From NCBI RefSeq assembly GCF_964355755.1, contig NC_092670.1, positions 11,642,795 to 11,706,794 on the forward strand: DNA of 64,000 nucleotides. The letters run 5' to 3'. This document shows positions 61,587 through 64,000 of the stretch, piece after piece. The translations under genes were made by a program, and so were the position numbers. The notes under the pieces are model-generated. The model saw only the letters and a list, made by a program, of their open reading frames with translations. It made no database searches and had not been told where the DNA came from. Source of the DNA: Antedon mediterranea. Its lineage: Eukaryota; Animalia; Echinodermata. Each line of letters opens with the position of its first letter. The first letter of the stretch is position 1.

Positions 61587-62004
61587 TTTGAAAGTGTAGA
61601 CAGAGCGAAGATAGTCCAAAACAACGACGGTACTATCCAAAGGCCAGCGTAGACTTTTTAGGCCATCAGTAAAAATGAGAGCGGGCGAGAAATGTAAAAC
61701 TGCTATCCTATCCTATATCAAAAACATATTCATTTCGTAATTAGAGTACGAACACGACTGCTAATATTCGTCAAAATGAATAAACTTCATGAATATATGA
61801 AAGGATGATCAGCTGGAAAGTTTCGTTCGTTATCGTCGAAGAATTTTGAAAACATGTTTTTATATAATATTTTAAGCCGGAAATGTATTCAAAAACATTT
61901 TTATGTACGTAGGGCCTGTTTATATTTCCTTCTATACATTGCGAGGTCAGAGGTCGCCATGAGATTCAATGTGCAGTGTTGTAAAGTAAAACTACTGTGT
62001 ATTG

Positions 62005-62160
62005 GGATTAGTGTTTTCCTCGGGTGCCAATAACAAGTATTTCACTTGCGAAAGAGCTACAGTTACTGTGTAGATGTTACTTTACCCATGCAGAACTCAG
62101 ACACAAATGACACTTGTATTCGTTGTGGTTTTTGTCTCATTTGAAAGTAATAAAATGTAG
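62005..62160 (+). pseudogene. Remnant first exon (5' UTR + truncated signal peptide) of a fourth paralogue
   Basis: GGGATTAGTGTTTTCCTCGGGTGCCAATAACAAGTATTT resembles the 5' UTRs of copies 2 and 3. ACACAAATGACACTTGTATTCGTTGTGGTTTTTGTCTCATTTGAAAGT resembles their signal exons, but GAATCTG|GTGAG is deleted and the frame stops at 62160. Confidence 0.5.
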
Positions 62161-64000
62161 TACTGTACTATGCTATCATTGATTGATACACAATTATGTT
62201 TCTATTGCGTTAAGAAGAACAGAATGATAGCTGGAAACATTGTCGGACAAGAATATGATAAGGCTAATAATAATGGTAGCCTTATATAGCGCCTAATACA
62301 ATGTTTCTAAAGCGCTTTACACACAAAAATAATCCATAGAATATCCCAAAATAACCACACACAAAAAAAGCAGAAAAACCATTTACACGGCTCTCTAATT
62401 ACGGTATAGGTACTTTCAAAGTAAGATCATTTCTTACACATCATTATCACTATTTATTGAATATGATTTAATATACCAATATGCATGACGTACTAGCATT
62501 GTAAAGATTATTACCACCGTGAATGCACCTATGGTAACATCAATTAAGTGTTGTACAACAATTAGTCAATTTAGAATGATTAATAATTGATCGAATTGTG
62601 CCCAATCTTCAGATTATTGATTTTTTCCTATAATCAAAAATCATATTTCATTGAATGGACACTAGGTCTAGATTAATTTATTCCTTATTTTTTAAATTTT
62701 TATTCGATAGGCGGACCGGCCTTCCGGTTTATGTTTAGAGAGACTTCCTGATGCAAACAGAACTAATAAAATAGTCAATGTATAATTATAGAGAATTAAT
62801 AAGTGAATTTTGCTCAAATATGATATTGATTATGTCCTAATCAGAATTGTATTTCATTAATTGGAGTATGTAGGGTAATTTATTTGTTCGTTCTGTGATT
62901 TAGTTAATAATAACAATAATTCAAAATTTATTAGTTTCTATCCATGGTAAAGCAATGCAATAATTAAAGAGTGGTAATTTAATGAGATGAGTACACAAAT
63001 ACCATTAATAGAGGATCTTGCGAGAAGAAATTTCTGGTCATGCAAAACCCATAAACGAAGAGAAGAAAATACATTTGTATATAATTATATATAAAATAAA
63101 AAAGGTCATGACAAAAAAAGGTCTAGTTTGAGTACAATGATAATAAATAAACAGTACTTCTTAGGTTATTACCATGGTTAAAATTAGCAGTGTTGAATAA
63201 ATTCATCATGGTAGAAGAAAGATTGTTAGAAAAATATTGAAAGACAATTTGATTATGTGAACTTTCCAGATGCAATACAGTTCGAACTATTAAACTTTTT
63301 AAATATTGAAACATTAGAAATCAAGAAAACATAATATGAACGGGTTGTCGCATTTTTTTTGCACAGAAACAGGTAATCAAATAATAATAAGTAATATACC
63401 TTATACTTGGTTAGTATATTTACTTTACAATACTTTCAAATTGTATCTATTTACCTACTATGAGATTGTCAAATTTGGCATTGGCCTATAAGAATTTAAA
63501 TAACGGAGCAAAGATTGTATATTAATTTGGTAGAAAAAAGTAAGTAAAACTATAGACTATAGAGGGGTAATAATCCTTTACTTTGATGATGCATTCATGC
63601 GTGACTGTGTGAAATCATGGCGAATTTGTTAGGCAGAATTTTTGTAAACATGACTTCAAAGTGCTTGAATCAGGTTCGTATAATTTTCTTTTCATTGCTT
63701 ATGCAATGTTTTGTGAATTTAAGTATACTTTTGTCCATGAAAAACCAATGGGTAGACCTACCCTAGAGCCTAGCCTGACTGTGACTGCCAACTGGACTGG
63801 CCTCACTCACGAGTCGAGACCGGCACCCTCCTACCTAGCCTAGCCTAGGCTTAACTAGCCAGAAAGCCGAAGGGTAGGCTTAACCAAAAAGGCAACATTG
63901 ACTTTTTAGGTTTAGTACGCAATGGGCTGCCGGTTGACCTATGTCATATTATATATAAATTACAATATATAAGTAGGCCGAGCGAGGACCTATTATAAAT

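Overview
AT-rich, intron-containing animal genomic DNA, with no prokaryotic operons and no CRISPR. The repeat content suggests a marine invertebrate such as an echinoderm-like deuterostome, but that is inference. Left half: the 5' part of SLC12A8 (minus strand, continuing off the left edge) carries an apparently intact Rex1/Babar-type LINE in a long intron. It sits head-to-head with a complete STT3A gene (14 coding exons, 709 aa) that contains a clear U12-type minor intron. A 3-exon gene of unknown function follows. Right half: a tandem array of three paralogues encoding a secreted mosaic protein (signal peptide - F-type/fucolectin-like domain - kringle - LamG/pentraxin-like - PAN/apple). Copy 2 is intact (529 aa), copy 1 has a nonsense codon and a lost splice donor, copy 3 has a +1 homopolymer frameshift, and a remnant fourth first exon is present. 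Introns and spacers hold CR1, RTEX-like, L2/Crack-like and Penelope fragments, SINEs, and Harbinger-, Kolobok- and Academ-like non-autonomous elements. An unusual 1.8-kb element made of two LTR-like arms in INVERTED orientation, with a polypurine tract and a 4-bp TSD, lies in copy 2. All exon coordinates were read and frame-checked by hand; family names come from motif recognition, not database searches.
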